From the NCBI RefSeq assembly GCF_002113885.1, contig NW_018408899.1, positions 457,988 to 521,987 on the forward strand: a stretch of DNA of 64,000 bases, read 5' to 3'. The position numbers and the translations under genes are program-made. A model generated the notes under the pieces. It had not been told where the DNA came from. It saw nothing but the letters and a program-made list of their open reading frames with translations, and ran no database searches. Positions 25,721 to 39,100 of the stretch are shown here, in pieces. Numbering within the stretch: position 1 is the stretch's first letter; every line of letters begins with the position of its first letter. The DNA comes from Mizuhopecten yessoensis (taxonomy: Eukaryota).

Positions 25721-25988
25721 GTAAGTTTAGTATATATAAAACAATGACGATTTACACATGAAGTAGTAACAATTTAATTCTATTTGACATTGTTATCTCA
25801 AGTGAGTCGGATTTAGGTATGTTAAATGCATTTCCCAATAAAGCTGTCAATACATTTGCGCCTATCTTTAAAAAATATTTTAATAAGATATTGACTAGAT
25901 TGGTAAGTTTAACAATTCAACTTTGATATACACATTTTAAACCTAAAGGAAACAATAAATAAGAATCATTTACTTTTATATTTTTCAG
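25721..25988 (+). other. Predicted 3' UTR intron of copy 5; AATAAA at 26399-26404
   Basis: aatgaagcag|gtaagt ... tttttcag|aa. Confidence 0.7.
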
Positions 25989-26987
25989 AATATATGAAGT
26001 TGGTGTCATCGGCAATGACTGAGGGGTAGTGCCAACCATAGCACTCCAATTACTAGACTGACATCCTCTGTGAAAAAACAATGGGGTGGTCCTTTTTGGA
26101 ACTGACGAAGATAAAGACTCGAAATAAACGAACTGCTGGATCATACAGTTTCAACTTGACAGTGTTCGTGAACCCTTTCCAATTGAACTTCCAAATATAT
26201 TTGCGGAATTGTTACTCGCAGTCTTGCTGATATGGACGTTGTTCTGTGTTTGTAATATTTAGACAGTTTACAGTTAATGGATTCACGGCTGCTATGAATA
26301 CAACTTATACAATTTTTTGACCTCCCACCTTTTCCTTGTGGATATTATATTAACTAATACAATTTGTATGTGACATTTGAAATTTTATGCACTGAAATAA
26401 TAAAAAAAATAGTAATCAGTACATAGTTGCTCCGAGTTCCTATATATATATAGCTTTACTTTGAAATGGGCAATTATGCCATTCCGATGCTATTTTGTAC
26501 TATTAAAAATAGATATTTTGCGTTAAAAACGTCTGATCAATTACATGTTTAATAGGTAATCTTTCAATAAAACAACAAGAAAACTGTTCGTTTTAGAATG
26601 GATATATATTGTGATACAGTTGATGTATTTGCTGCGGCTAAAGTGATGCAAAAGATACTATAATTCAGTGTCCTTATAGGAAATAGGCATTATAAAGCAG
26701 AACTTCAGGGAAAGTTGATAAACGACTTACAGATAATCATTTAATAATATGAAGCATGTACTTAAACATTGCGGTAGATGATCATAAATTATAAAATAAA
26801 GATTTTCATATAAACTTTTAGAGATATTTAGGTACCAAATAGTTTAATAAAAACAAATCTGTTAAAATAATGGATAAACAATCAAACACTGATGACAATT
26901 GAAAGTTATTTTTCTAATTCCTTTTGGAAAAGGAAACTTAACAAAACCATGTAAAAAAAAGGATTAAATCAATCCTTTTTGGTTTCA

Positions 26988-27082
26988 TCTTCGCTAGCGA
27001 CGGGTTACGATCCGGTACGATCCGGTCTTCCTAGAGTAGGACGACCGGATCGTACCGGATCGTAACCCGTCGCTAGCGAAGA
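26988..27082. repeat. Perfect inverted repeat with 40-bp arms and a 15-nt spacer (palindromic mini-element)
   Basis: 26988-27027 is the exact reverse complement of 27043-27082; the spacer adds TCCTA/TAGGA pairing. Confidence 0.95.
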
Positions 27083-30000
27083 CGATTTTATTTGTTCTAA
27101 TTGATTTTGACGTTCAAAGGAAGTTATGTGTTCTAAGAGTGACACAAAGGAGACTATCAAAAGATTATAAAACAAGAAAATATGTGTTGTTGTAACGGAT
27201 GCTGCAGATATATTTTCGCTTTTTTAATAGAACCCTTTATTTTATCGAAAGACATTAGTCGGCTATGAATATAGTGCTATAGGACAAAGTGGGCAATATA
27301 ATTAACAAAATCAGCCCACGGAAATTTGTTTTGCAGTATGCGGCAAGTATTACAATAACACCAGTTATTGTGTATTGTTCATAATTAATATGTTAATACA
27401 ATACCAACATATGGGAAGGGGGGATAATCAGGAATGTGTGGCACACATTTGTTGAGCTAATTGGTTTGAAAAGAAAGAGAAATCCACGTGGGGCAAACTT
27501 GACATAGAAAGAAATATATTTTTGGTATGTTAACCAATTATCCCTATGGGGTAGACACAATTATCTAATTAGCTATTGGAGACAATATACACATCATTAC
27601 CATAATCAGTTGTCGTACAGACAACGCCGAGTATTAAGATAGACACATACAGTATATTTGGAAAATATTGATCTACATTTTGCCAAAGTAAGCAAAATTC
27701 TTGGGGGAATAAACTGGTTATGATTCTAAGTAAGAGAAAAAAGAACACTAACACCATAAATCTCTGCTTAAAATAGTTAACTATTTTATATAAATTTTCA
27801 ACATCGAATTTATTTCGCTTGTAAAACACACTTAATGCTATATTTATTTGCTAGATAGTATCTTCATGTGGTTCAAATCCTTTAGCATCGATTTCCTTAA
27901 TGTTTAAAACTTAAAATTTTATAGAGAAGTTCGCAATAAATAGAGAATAATGACTCAGAAAGACAATAAATGTATAGGGATAGTAATATTAGAGAATATT
28001 GTTTATACGTAATACTACATTATCACGTTTATTCTTTGTTATTTATTACGAAATAGAAGTTTTTCACTAGACGGCAGGTGAAATGAAAGATCTATTGAAT
28101 TCAATTTAGGAACTCTAGATATTTCTCTTTCCAAAAATTCGGGAAAAAAGAAATATCGGGACTGCATTACTAAAAATATTACCGATAAGCTTCCTAATAA
28201 CAAAATGTTAATTTAAATATAGTTGATTAGCGACTTCTAGTGATCGGTCAACTATGTGTATCAACACTGTACAACATCAAGATCAACATTTCTGATAACG
28301 CCTCGATACACACGTCAATAGCTCGTCTAGTTGTTTCATTATTTAAGGGTTGTTTATTACGGCGAATCGATTGAAAAGCACTTGTCAATCTTTCGTATCT
28401 TTTTATTTAGAGTCATTGTTCGCTGTTGGAGAGCTGACTTGATTGAGATCATTTGGCCTGATACCTGTTTGATATACTGGGCTATCGACATAAAATCCTA
28501 TACAACACGTCAAAAGGTCTACCCCACGTAGAACCACATATATGATAGACATTATGTAAAATACGCCCCTGAAAACCAATAAAATGATACATAGTAAGAG
28601 ACAACGTTATTTTTCATGGCTGATTCTTGAGATACAGAAAAAATATTTTACCGACTGCTGTCACGAGAATGTTTCCTTATAGTTAGATACAGTATTTTGG
28701 TGTATAATTGTATAAACGGGCTAATTGAGTATCGCATACTAAAATAGGTATATTGAACACTTTTCGGAAAAGGGAATTCACCTGAGTAAAATCAGATAAT
28801 AGATTAACTAACTTTAGGGGGAAACAATTGCGTAATAGTAAGATAAAGATATAAAAGAATATGGTCAGAAAAATTGTTTAGAGCGTATGATAAAATGGAG
28901 CTAGAGGAATACACGAAATACCGTTGGGCGTAGTATAGGAAAACAACACTGCGTATTATATAGGCTTGACTATAAACTGATCGGACCAACTGACAAAACA
29001 GAGATTGCAATGATATCAGAATGAAATGAATAAGAAGGTAGCTCCGTGTATCGTATATGTGTATATAAAATAAAAGCTCATATCTGAATTACGGATGTTC
29101 ACAGATAACATTTTTTGGTAGTATTAAGATATTTCTATTCAGAGCTCAGACTACATTAAACCGGCATATCGGAAAATTAAATCAAATTGCCTTTACGCCA
29201 TTTCCGATCAACACGGACTCTGACATTAATCTCTGGTGAGAACTAATTCGCTGAACAAAAGCAATAGAAAAGCACACCTTAATTCGATTCTGTACGTGAA
29301 GAACAGCTGATAATTTTAAAGTAAGTATACATGAAATCATTAACAATTAAAGTAAACACACATTAAATGTGTCTTGTAAAGTTTTCCAAATAGTATACGA
29401 AAAAGCAGGTGGAAGAAGAGAAAAAATTGAATCAATCTGTTAAAATTCTCAAATTTGCTTCATCCGAAGTACACAAGTCTACCCTGAGAAGTAGGGTATC
29501 ACGGCAGCAAAAACATAACAAACAAACAACGACAAAACAAACCGACATTCTGCGATCAAAACTTCAGAGCTAAATAGATCAACAAATAAACAAACAGATA
29601 AAATACAATTCAGAAATCCTTGCTGTTCCTCTGATTATTCCCTTTTGCACAATTAAACGGAAAGAAAAGACAAACGCACACATTGATAAGTTCTATCAAA
29701 GACAGTTTGCTTCAAGTCTACAAAATTCTAAAATATATGACAACTTCATTCCCCTAGCATGGTAAGATACTTTGTTGACAAGAGACCAGACATGAAATGT
29801 ACAGAATGCCGATAGTTTATGTGTGTTAGTCTGGAATACCCTTGTAATACAATATAACTGTAAGTGTTGTTGACCATATTTTAACAGAGTGACCTTTACC
29901 TTGCTACACACCCAGGGGATGTTATCAAAATGACACAATACCAATACTTATCATACGGAACGAACCAAGTGACAAACGCCTGTTAGTTCATTGTTTCTGG

Positions 30001-32381
30001 TTGACGTGTCGATAATCTACCATATTCAATACATTGATCGCCTTGTTTTATTGCGTGATGGCTAACATGCTCTAAATCTTCACCAGGTTGTGGTATTTGA
30101 ATTATAATATTGCTATCCTGCGTTATTAAAAACAATACAAACTAATGAACACAAAGAAAATATCTGAATGAAACAGTTATAAATTTCTCTTTCAATCATT
30201 TCGAAAAGATTTGAGATTACAAATTTTGTGACGTAAGATTTGTGTCAGATTTTAACCGATCAAAGCATTCAATCTCAGTCAGTTCTATGCATTCGCTCAC
30301 AAACATTTATATAAATAATATAGTTTATCTGTTACCATTAATTAAGCGTGCACGAATTAGCATGCATTTTCTACTAAAGTTCATAGATCACGTATCACCA
30401 AGAGTAATGCAGTTATAAAACACGTTAGCTGCTTCATGTGAAATGAAATGGTTAATTCATAATTTCATAGCATGTCGTATCATAAATATTTTCAAATCAT
30501 AACATTTTGCGTTTTATATCAAAACAAAGTTACACTTCTTTCGTTGTCAACATGGGTAAATAATCTAAAAGTTATACCCATAATTTTGTTTTGCATCACA
30601 CCTTTTCTATAGAATATTATATTTCAAATTTTAATTTTGTGTCATAAAAAGACAGTGGGTATATGATAAAGCGGCTAGTGCCGTATCAAAACTACTGTTT
30701 GAAGATTTTTGCCATTTAGCCTTAAATCCTTTTTTTCACACATCTTTTACATACACTTGCTGTCGCTGAAATATCGTGATAGTGTGTACATGTTTTTTCT
30801 TCTTACTTTAGAGTGAATCTATTAGAAGCGATGATATACTCTATAATTAGCCCAAGTCAATTGTGTATCTTAAAGTTATGAATGGTTATCCAATATAGGT
30901 AACTGAATAGGATAATTGATATGATATTGATCATATCATTTATGTTTTAATAAAATTAAGAACTCGACCAGAATTTATATTCCAAATAACTATATTACTG
31001 TACTAGTATCATATGAAATATGAATATACTTATTTGAGCAAAAACTGTTACAGCGTTATATTTAACCTGATTTCAAGTGATCTTGATCCGACATTGCCCG
31101 AACTTAGACACTCTTAACGCCTAATCCTAGCATTAGATCTTGACCGTATACCCCCTGTGTATACCAAGGCACGTAATGATAGAACATGCTCATGGGTCTT
31201 CCTTCCCCTGAACTTCCCGGGGTATGTGATCGATATGGTCTGTTTTAACACTGATCGTTGGAGATACACAGATATATAGCTGTCAGTTGATTGTTAGTCA
31301 TTGTAAGAGTGTCAATAAAGGAGAGATTTAACAGGCTGATACCTACACGGTAGAGTTATTTCACCGATAAATAGATAGATTCCATGTCAAGACGGGCACG
31401 CTAACAATTAGGTGGTTTGACGAATATTTCAGAAATTCGGTTGACCGGATGGGGCGTCATATTCTATGTCTAAGCAATGACGTTTCAATGCAATGGGACA
31501 TTAAAGCGGCTATTGGCTTGCTACATCCTCTGTAAACGCCATATGTCAATAGCGAAGAGATAAAATCCAATAAATCAATTAGTCAAGGTGTTTTCGCACA
31601 CGGTTAAAATTAAACCAAACACAAACATGTATCATAAGGTTTATACACATTTTATGTAATGAAATCCTAAAATTTGCTAAAATTCACAGACAAAATCAAT
31701 CAGAGGTGGTGATGACAATCAGTAAAACCTGATTATCAAAGCTAAACTGTACAAATGAATATGACTCTCATTTAACACATCGTGTTCATTTGGTACCATA
31801 ATGTAAAAGGGTAATTAATTGAAAACATTACCCCCGACGACCCATATTCTACACCTCCGAAACAAATAATATAAAAAAAGATGATTTCAGGGTCAACTTG
31901 TTACTTGCAAACAAGTAGATTCTGCAGTTCACTTCATGAACTATATACAAGATACAAGAATCTTCATTCAACGTCGCATACAGGTAAACAAGGAACATAA
32001 GCTCCTGAGAGCTATTATTGCGACAAACATAATAATTCAACTATATATAAAGTATCATCATTAAAAATAACATTAGGCGAAGTAAGGTCGTCTCAAAATA
32101 TACAAATAGAATTAATCAATTATATAATGGTACACTAGATTGTGCCAACTCAAAGTCGTAGACAATTGCCAGTTATCTATACTGCACTATATTTTCAGAT
32201 TGTTTTCAAGTAACGTTGCCAATGCATGCTACTCTATTGTTTTAAAGTCGACCTTGCAGTTCATACCAGGGGGCATATTCCCCCAGGATGCGCTCCCTGT
32301 AGACACCACATTGATGAGTTAGATGTAATCAGATTAATTAAATCTAAAGGACGAGCTGCACCCGATCCAAGGTGGTAACAT

Positions 32382-32479
32382 AGACGTCATCGCATATCTC
32401 ACTGCCCATCGCCCAGGGTTTAAGTCAATACAACATTTAGACCAATCAGAGATGTTCTTGTGACTCAGTGGTATATAAG
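32382..32479 (+). promoter_or_regulatory. Core promoter of copy 6: CRE-like AGACGTCA 32382-32389, CCAAT 32442-32446, AP-1 TGACTCA 32461-32467, TATATAAG 32472-32479
   Basis: Four textbook motifs clustered within 100 nt, about 70 nt upstream of ATG 32548. Confidence 0.7.
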
Positions 32480-32547
32480 GCCAGAAAGAGGTACGAGGCG
32501 TCATAACGACTTTCCTGTCTCGGGAACAACTGAACAAACCATATAAA

Positions 32548-33438
32548 ATGGCGCTGACGACACGACAGACCGTGGATTGTACCGATGCCTATACGGCCTC
32601 TATAGATTTGTCCAACTCTTGTCGGGAGTTTTACTTCAGCAGACAGAGGTCAACTGAAGAATTCAAGGACAATGTCTGCAGAGACAGCCACTCGACAAAG
32701 CCTAAATCATTCATGGATGATGCTATGGCGACGCTAAGAAAAGAAATGGTAAGCTTTTAAAAAAAATCTTTTCTCATTATATGCCTAATGCTACATAATT
32801 ACATTTGCTTTACTAAAATATATTTTGCGAATACAAAAGATAAAAACATCCTTTATTTAAATAATTGAATAGCTGTAAGTTATACTTTTTCCGGTTATGG
32901 TTTTGAAACATTTCCCCCCGTCATTTTTCATCAGCCTCCGCCTGGAAACATATATACTTACCAAGTACCTATTTTTGTGTTGCAGGCGAACCTGATGGAC
33001 CAGGACTTGAATCTGATGAAGCAGCTTCTGACCATGAACGACACCATTGAAGAGATCAAATTCCAGCGTTTCCATGGTGGCAGCAAAAACTTGTCAACGA
33101 GTTCCTGTGACGTCTCTGATTCTGACTACGACCTCCGGTCATTGCCATCCGTATCTTCTCTTCCCTCCATGGGTTCCGTTCCGTCTATGTCTTCACTTGT
33201 ATCAATGTCTTCGTTGCCTTCCGTTTTCGATGAAAATGACTACCAGTGCGTCTCTGACGAGGAGTTGGAAGACGAATATCTGTGTTCCGAACTGATTGAG
33301 GAAAATGTGAATACGAACATTGTGTCTGGCAAATGGGAATCATTCAGTTCCAGAAGAGACACCCACGGATCTATTGACTCTGGATTTGGTGACTCACAAA
33401 GTTCAGACGAAAGCACGGACAGTGATTCAGAATGCTAG
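32548..33438 (+). CDS. Divergent LURAP/FAM89-like copy 6; exons 32548-32748 + 32986-33438, 217 aa; AATAAA at 33684-33689
   Basis: ..DDAMATLRKEM|gtaagc ... gttgcag|ANLMDQDLNLMKQLLTMNDTIEEIK; same phase-0 intron; N-terminal DLSNSCREFYFSRQRSTEEFK homologous to the other copies. Confidence 0.88.
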
Positions 33439-34581
33439 ACTTGCTTACCTTCGACTCAGTACATATATGTACGTTGTTTATAACAAGGAGATTATTAAAC
33501 TTTCTCCGCAAACATTTTAACTACGACCTTTCTAGGTCTGCCATGAACTTTATACATTCAACGCATTGACGCCATGATGCAATGTAACGACTGCGAAAAC
33601 TGTCTTTGACATTAAACATTTACAATATATGACACTTATATCGTAATATATTGTATTTAACTGTGAGTAATTATATTTTGTTGAATAAACGTTACGTACT
33701 TAGTTCATGTAGTTAAACTACAGTGTGTTTTACAATTGCAAGCAATTAATTGTATCGTTCATGTTTTTCATTCATTCTTCAGCGGGACTGAGGTCTGTTT
33801 GATATCAATGTTTATACATGTAAATGGTTTTATCTACCTCAGCTGTTAACTGATATTGTGACCGGTCATTGTCATTTGTCCAATCTGTCCTAATAATATT
33901 CACGTATATTTGTTATAGAAAACTGCCAATCAATACATGTATGTTCTTCATGAATCATTGACCTAATAAAAACGGCCAGTACAATTCACTTTAGATTTCT
34001 TGTTTTATGATTTGATTTTCACAATAACATTTTGTTTAGTGAGAGATGCACACTTCGATGTTTTCATCGTTAAATGAGCAATGGGAACATAGCAAACATC
34101 CTAATTTTATGACGGTTAGTAATTTTTTGAGAAGTCAACTTTCCGATGTTTAATTCTGTAAATTATGGCAAAATCTTTACTTACTTTGGAATTCCAATAG
34201 ATAAAAAAATCGAAATGTCTTATATGGATATATTTTTCCTTGGTCATAAAGAGGGATTTTAACGCCTGCTTTACAATATGAATTAAACAGAGACGGGAAT
34301 ATAACAAATACAACACACTAGGATAAAAAGTTGATTTTTGATTTTTTTTTTATCATAGCGATGGCGTCGTGTAGAGATGCAAGGTCAAAGAAATAAAAAA
34401 ACATATGGTGTTTTTTTGCAATAGTACACACATCGCGTTTCCTATAAGTCTATAAGTTCTGGGCCTCATACATACTCATAAATATACATACAGACATTTA
34501 CATGTATACATTATGAATAATGAACGTCTTTAGAAATATGAACAACAGTCAATAGGCATTATATCAAAGTTTTACTTTTTA

Positions 34582-34642
34582 CATCAGAAAGGTTACAGGT
34601 AGGGTGTAGATCTAGCTTCCTCCCCCTGTAACCTATCTGATG
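34582..34642. repeat. Short inverted repeat (18-bp arms, 1 mismatch)
   Basis: CATCAGAAAGGTTACAGG ... CCTGTAACCTATCTGATG. Confidence 0.8.
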
Positions 34643-36178
34643 CAGTGTGTATACGCTCCCTATCGATAGGCGAAACGTCCCTGGTCGAATGACATACAAA
34701 ATTAACAATTTTGTCACATCGTTGTACAGGTAAACAATACAAATCGCTCACTCAGTCACATCTTGTCAAAGGGACCAGTCGGTATTGAAATGTTGCGACA
34801 CATTTAATACGTACATTGTTTGTGAAGAAAGTAAAAATTTGATATACATATTTCCAAACAGATGAATCTTATTGAAGATAGTTAATAGGCATTGCGTTTT
34901 GGCACATTAACAGAATTTTTAAGAAAATCAATATATTAAAATGATTAATACGAAATTGCGGATTTATGAAATCTAAATCGTAGTCGTCGTAAGTGTAACA
35001 TAAAGTCATAAAACATTGTATTCTTAAACTCAACATCAACAAAATTAACGCGATTAAAGCGAACATCGCAAGAAAAGACAATGGTAGACCTATTTTGGCC
35101 CACATACATGCAGTCACATTTTGGCACCAGTTCTTTCCGATTATTTTCTGAGTCATCTGTAAATACATAATTGTCTGAAGATAAGTTTTCTAACTGAGTT
35201 AACTGGAATCTTTGTAATGTTTTACGTGGGGGAAGAACGGTAATAATGTGGCCTTCAATTATTGTTGTTTGATATGAACCATTTTCTCTATCCAGCCCAT
35301 AAACGTCTGCAAGTTAGAACTGGCAAAACTACCTCAGCGGTAAAACACACAAGACCAAGAACGTAGTTTAAAGCCGATTCGGTCAATTGTTGAGGCATCA
35401 ACATAAAAAGAATAGACATTTTCGCAAAAACAGGAGACGATAAGAGGTAGCAGAGAAGGGAGTTCCTGTTTGACATCAATTCGATGTATTAAGTTAAGAT
35501 TTTTAAGCAGTTTTGTCCTTACTTACATAGTTCCGCTGTTAATTCATAAGAACATCTACTGATAGTCCAAGATAGGACTACATGTATCATCTAGACTGAC
35601 AATTATGCAGTAATACGAATTAACAGATATTATTTTGTAGCTTCAGCACAATTCAGCTAGAATTACTATTGACAGGGCATCCAATGAAATGAGTATACAT
35701 TCATTTCATGATCGCTAGTATTACAATTAATAAATTACATTATAATTTAAGTGGACGAACGCCAACAAAGGCATGTGCGGTACATATATGCTTGTCTGCT
35801 TTTTCTGTTTCAAGGGAGGTAACTCAACAAAGTATGGAGTTAGAGAGTTATTCGTAATTAACAAATGTCTAATTGCTGCAATTGTTTACTCTGTGCAGTT
35901 TTTAAAGACAGTCATTTATTGTTTAGAGTTTCCTATTTCAACAAACTATTTTTATTTTTAACCTACTTATTTAAAGATAGAAAATAAACCAAACAAAGTG
36001 TACCAGAACTCTGAATGAACATATCGTAAATTGAATTCTGAACAAACGATGTAACCAAATTTTGCGTTTAATTGTCGTTTTTATGAACGTGTCAAAAATC
36101 TGACATCGACATGATTTCACCCTGCTCAAAGGGACAATTAACATGGCTTGATGTTAAATAAAATATACATAAAGTAAC

Positions 36179-39100
36179 TTTTCCTACGTTGTCTTTGTGA
36201 CACTATCTAACCGAGTCATAGGAGGCAACTCGTATACTTATTTACTGGCTGCGGTCAGGTTTACAATTTCGGACTCTGTCTTGAACAAACTGTATAACCC
36301 TGTTTTAACCTGAACCGGCCTCCTTCTGAATCCGTAGAAAAAAGTGACACCGACGCGTTTATTCAAGGCCTCAGAATGCAATCAAGATATAATATGATCT
36401 ACATTATTTTTGTTGACTGCTTTGTTATGAATATCGGCCTCATTTAGTATTTAGTATATTTTATAAAACTCGACTTTCAACTGGCTGTTTTGCAGGTGTC
36501 AAAAACCTGTCACCGACACAATTTATCCATTTCCGGACCGGTATCTCTCAGTTATTGTTATATCATCTAGGTTAGGGTTTATTATTTTTAACTTATTCCA
36601 ACCTCTGAAACACCCTTATTAAAAAACTGACATCAACGCATTTCATCACTTTCGGGAATACAGTACTTGCATGTTCATGTAGCTTGTTTTGGTATAATCG
36701 AAAAAGTCATCGGGTTCTTTTACATGCTGCATTAAAGTTGTGGTGTTTGCCTCTATCAATATATCCTAGTTTACTTTAATACTCAAATCCACTGAACCTG
36801 TCAAAATATTTGGTATTGGTATGTTTTACCACACAAGATAATGTATAGAGGTTAACTTTACTGGCTGCGCTCAAAGGTTTGGTTCAGAGTGTGAGTTTCT
36901 TTCAATATTGAACCATTTCTCAAAGTTTCCTAGGATCTGTGTTTAACCGCCGTTGTTTTGAACCCCTCAAAAATGTTACAACGACACGTTTGCATTATGG
37001 GTTTTAGCAAATACAGTACTTGCCAATCTGTATTTATTTTAGATGTAATTTATAATAAATGCAAAATGTAGACAGGAAAAACATGAGAGCGTAATTGCAA
37101 AACAATCATGTCTGAAACATGTACTTTAAATATTTTATAAACACAGTGTTGAATTTTATTTAATTTTGGGAATGATATATGCAGATGGATAAAAACTTAC
37201 ATACTAATGCAATCTCTTCTATTAATCAGGGAGGAAATCTTTTTTTTTGTTTTCGAAATTAAAAGGGGCTGTCGTCAGGACGATCCAATCGCACCTCATA
37301 CATTTATTCTAGGTATAAAAGTACTTGCAATAAGATGTAGACTTAATAAGAATACTAAAGACATTGATGTAGATACTGTTCCTACTTTATTAGCTCGGTA
37401 TGCAGATGATACATCAATTATATTAGATGGTACAAAAAGATCTATGAAATAATCATTTAATGAATTAAACAGTTTTGCAAAAAATTCTGGATTAAAAGTA
37501 AATAAAAGTAAAACACAAGTTGTTTGGATTGGCAGTAAAAAATATAGTAATGATACTTACTTTTCAGAGTGGAACTTACAATGGGGAATTACAAAATTTA
37601 CAGCTTTAGGCATTATACTTCATGTGGACTTGGACCAAATTCCAAAACTATGATACAAAATTAGTAAAGCTCAAGGCATTAATTAAGATATGGAATAGAA
37701 AGATTTTAACACCATTAGAATATTATAAAGTCTCTTCTTATATCACACTTTAATCATCTTTTTTATTTATTTACCAAACCCAGAAGAATGCTTTATTAAA
37801 AAACTGAATACTGAACTTTATATTTTTTTATGGAACAGTAAATCAGATAAAATAAAAATAGACACTGTTATTAAGAATTATCTGGAAGGGGGACTCAAAA
37901 TGGTACATTTACAATCATTTATAGAATCTCTATAACGGCTATATACAACAGAAGGAAAGTGGCAGATTTTTTTAAGCTATATGGAAATAGAAATATTATA
38001 TCTAATTGTGGTACTGATTATATGTGAAAATACCGGAAGAGTTATAAAAAATATTTTTTGGAAAGATGTGTTATCAAGTTGTTGCAAGCTAGCTAATAAA
38101 AGTTGTAAATTTTAGAAACAAAAAGGTAAATATATTTTCAAATCACCAATTTGGTAGAACAAATCAATAAAAATACAAAACAAGAGTATATTTAATAGGG
38201 AATGGTAACCATAGTTTATGACTTAATTAAAGAAAGAAGAAATTGTTTTACAGCCATCAAGAGTTTACAGAGAAATTTTACATTCATACCAATTTTCTTA
38301 CTTATCAAGGTATCATTAATTCCATAAAGAAATCCATTTCACAGGAGGATTTTCTAATTTGAATGTAGATTATCCATATATCCCAATTAATTTGGAATTT
38401 TTTCTTAAGCACAAAAAAGGAACTATCGACGTTTACCAGGTTTTATGCCAAAATAATATAATTTTTACCGGTAAAAAGAAGTGGGAGGAAATATTTGAAT
38501 TTAACACAGAGATATGGAGGAAAATCTATACCATTCCCTTCAAAATTAGTAAAAACACAAAACTACAGTGGCTTCAATATAGAATCTATCAACAGATTTT
38601 AACTACTAATTCATATCTTTATAAAATAGGTCTTGTTACTAGTCCATATTGTTTTCATTGTAAAACTGATACGGAAACTATAGTTCATGCATTATGGGAA
38701 TGTAAAGAAGTACAAGTGTTTTTAACAAATTTTGAATCATTGCTAGATGTGTTATGAATTCCATTTGCTTTTAATAAAGAATCTTTTATCTTTGGTATCT
38801 ATGAGAGAAAAAACAATGTTGATAGTTTAGTACTTATTATTATTAAACTGTATATTTATAAGGCTAGATGTCTGCAAACTGGTCTATCAGTTTTAGCTTT
38901 GAAAAACCTGATCAAAGATATTTACAAAAATTAAAAAAAAAAAAAATATTGCTGTAGGTAATGGTGAAAATTATCTCGCTGATTTTAAAAGGAAATGGAA
39001 AAAATTGACACGGAATTGAACAATAAGCCCTTGTCAAATCCTTCGACACCTCTCCAACCTTCCTTTTCTCTCTTGTCCCTTTCTCTCTTTGTTACTCTTT

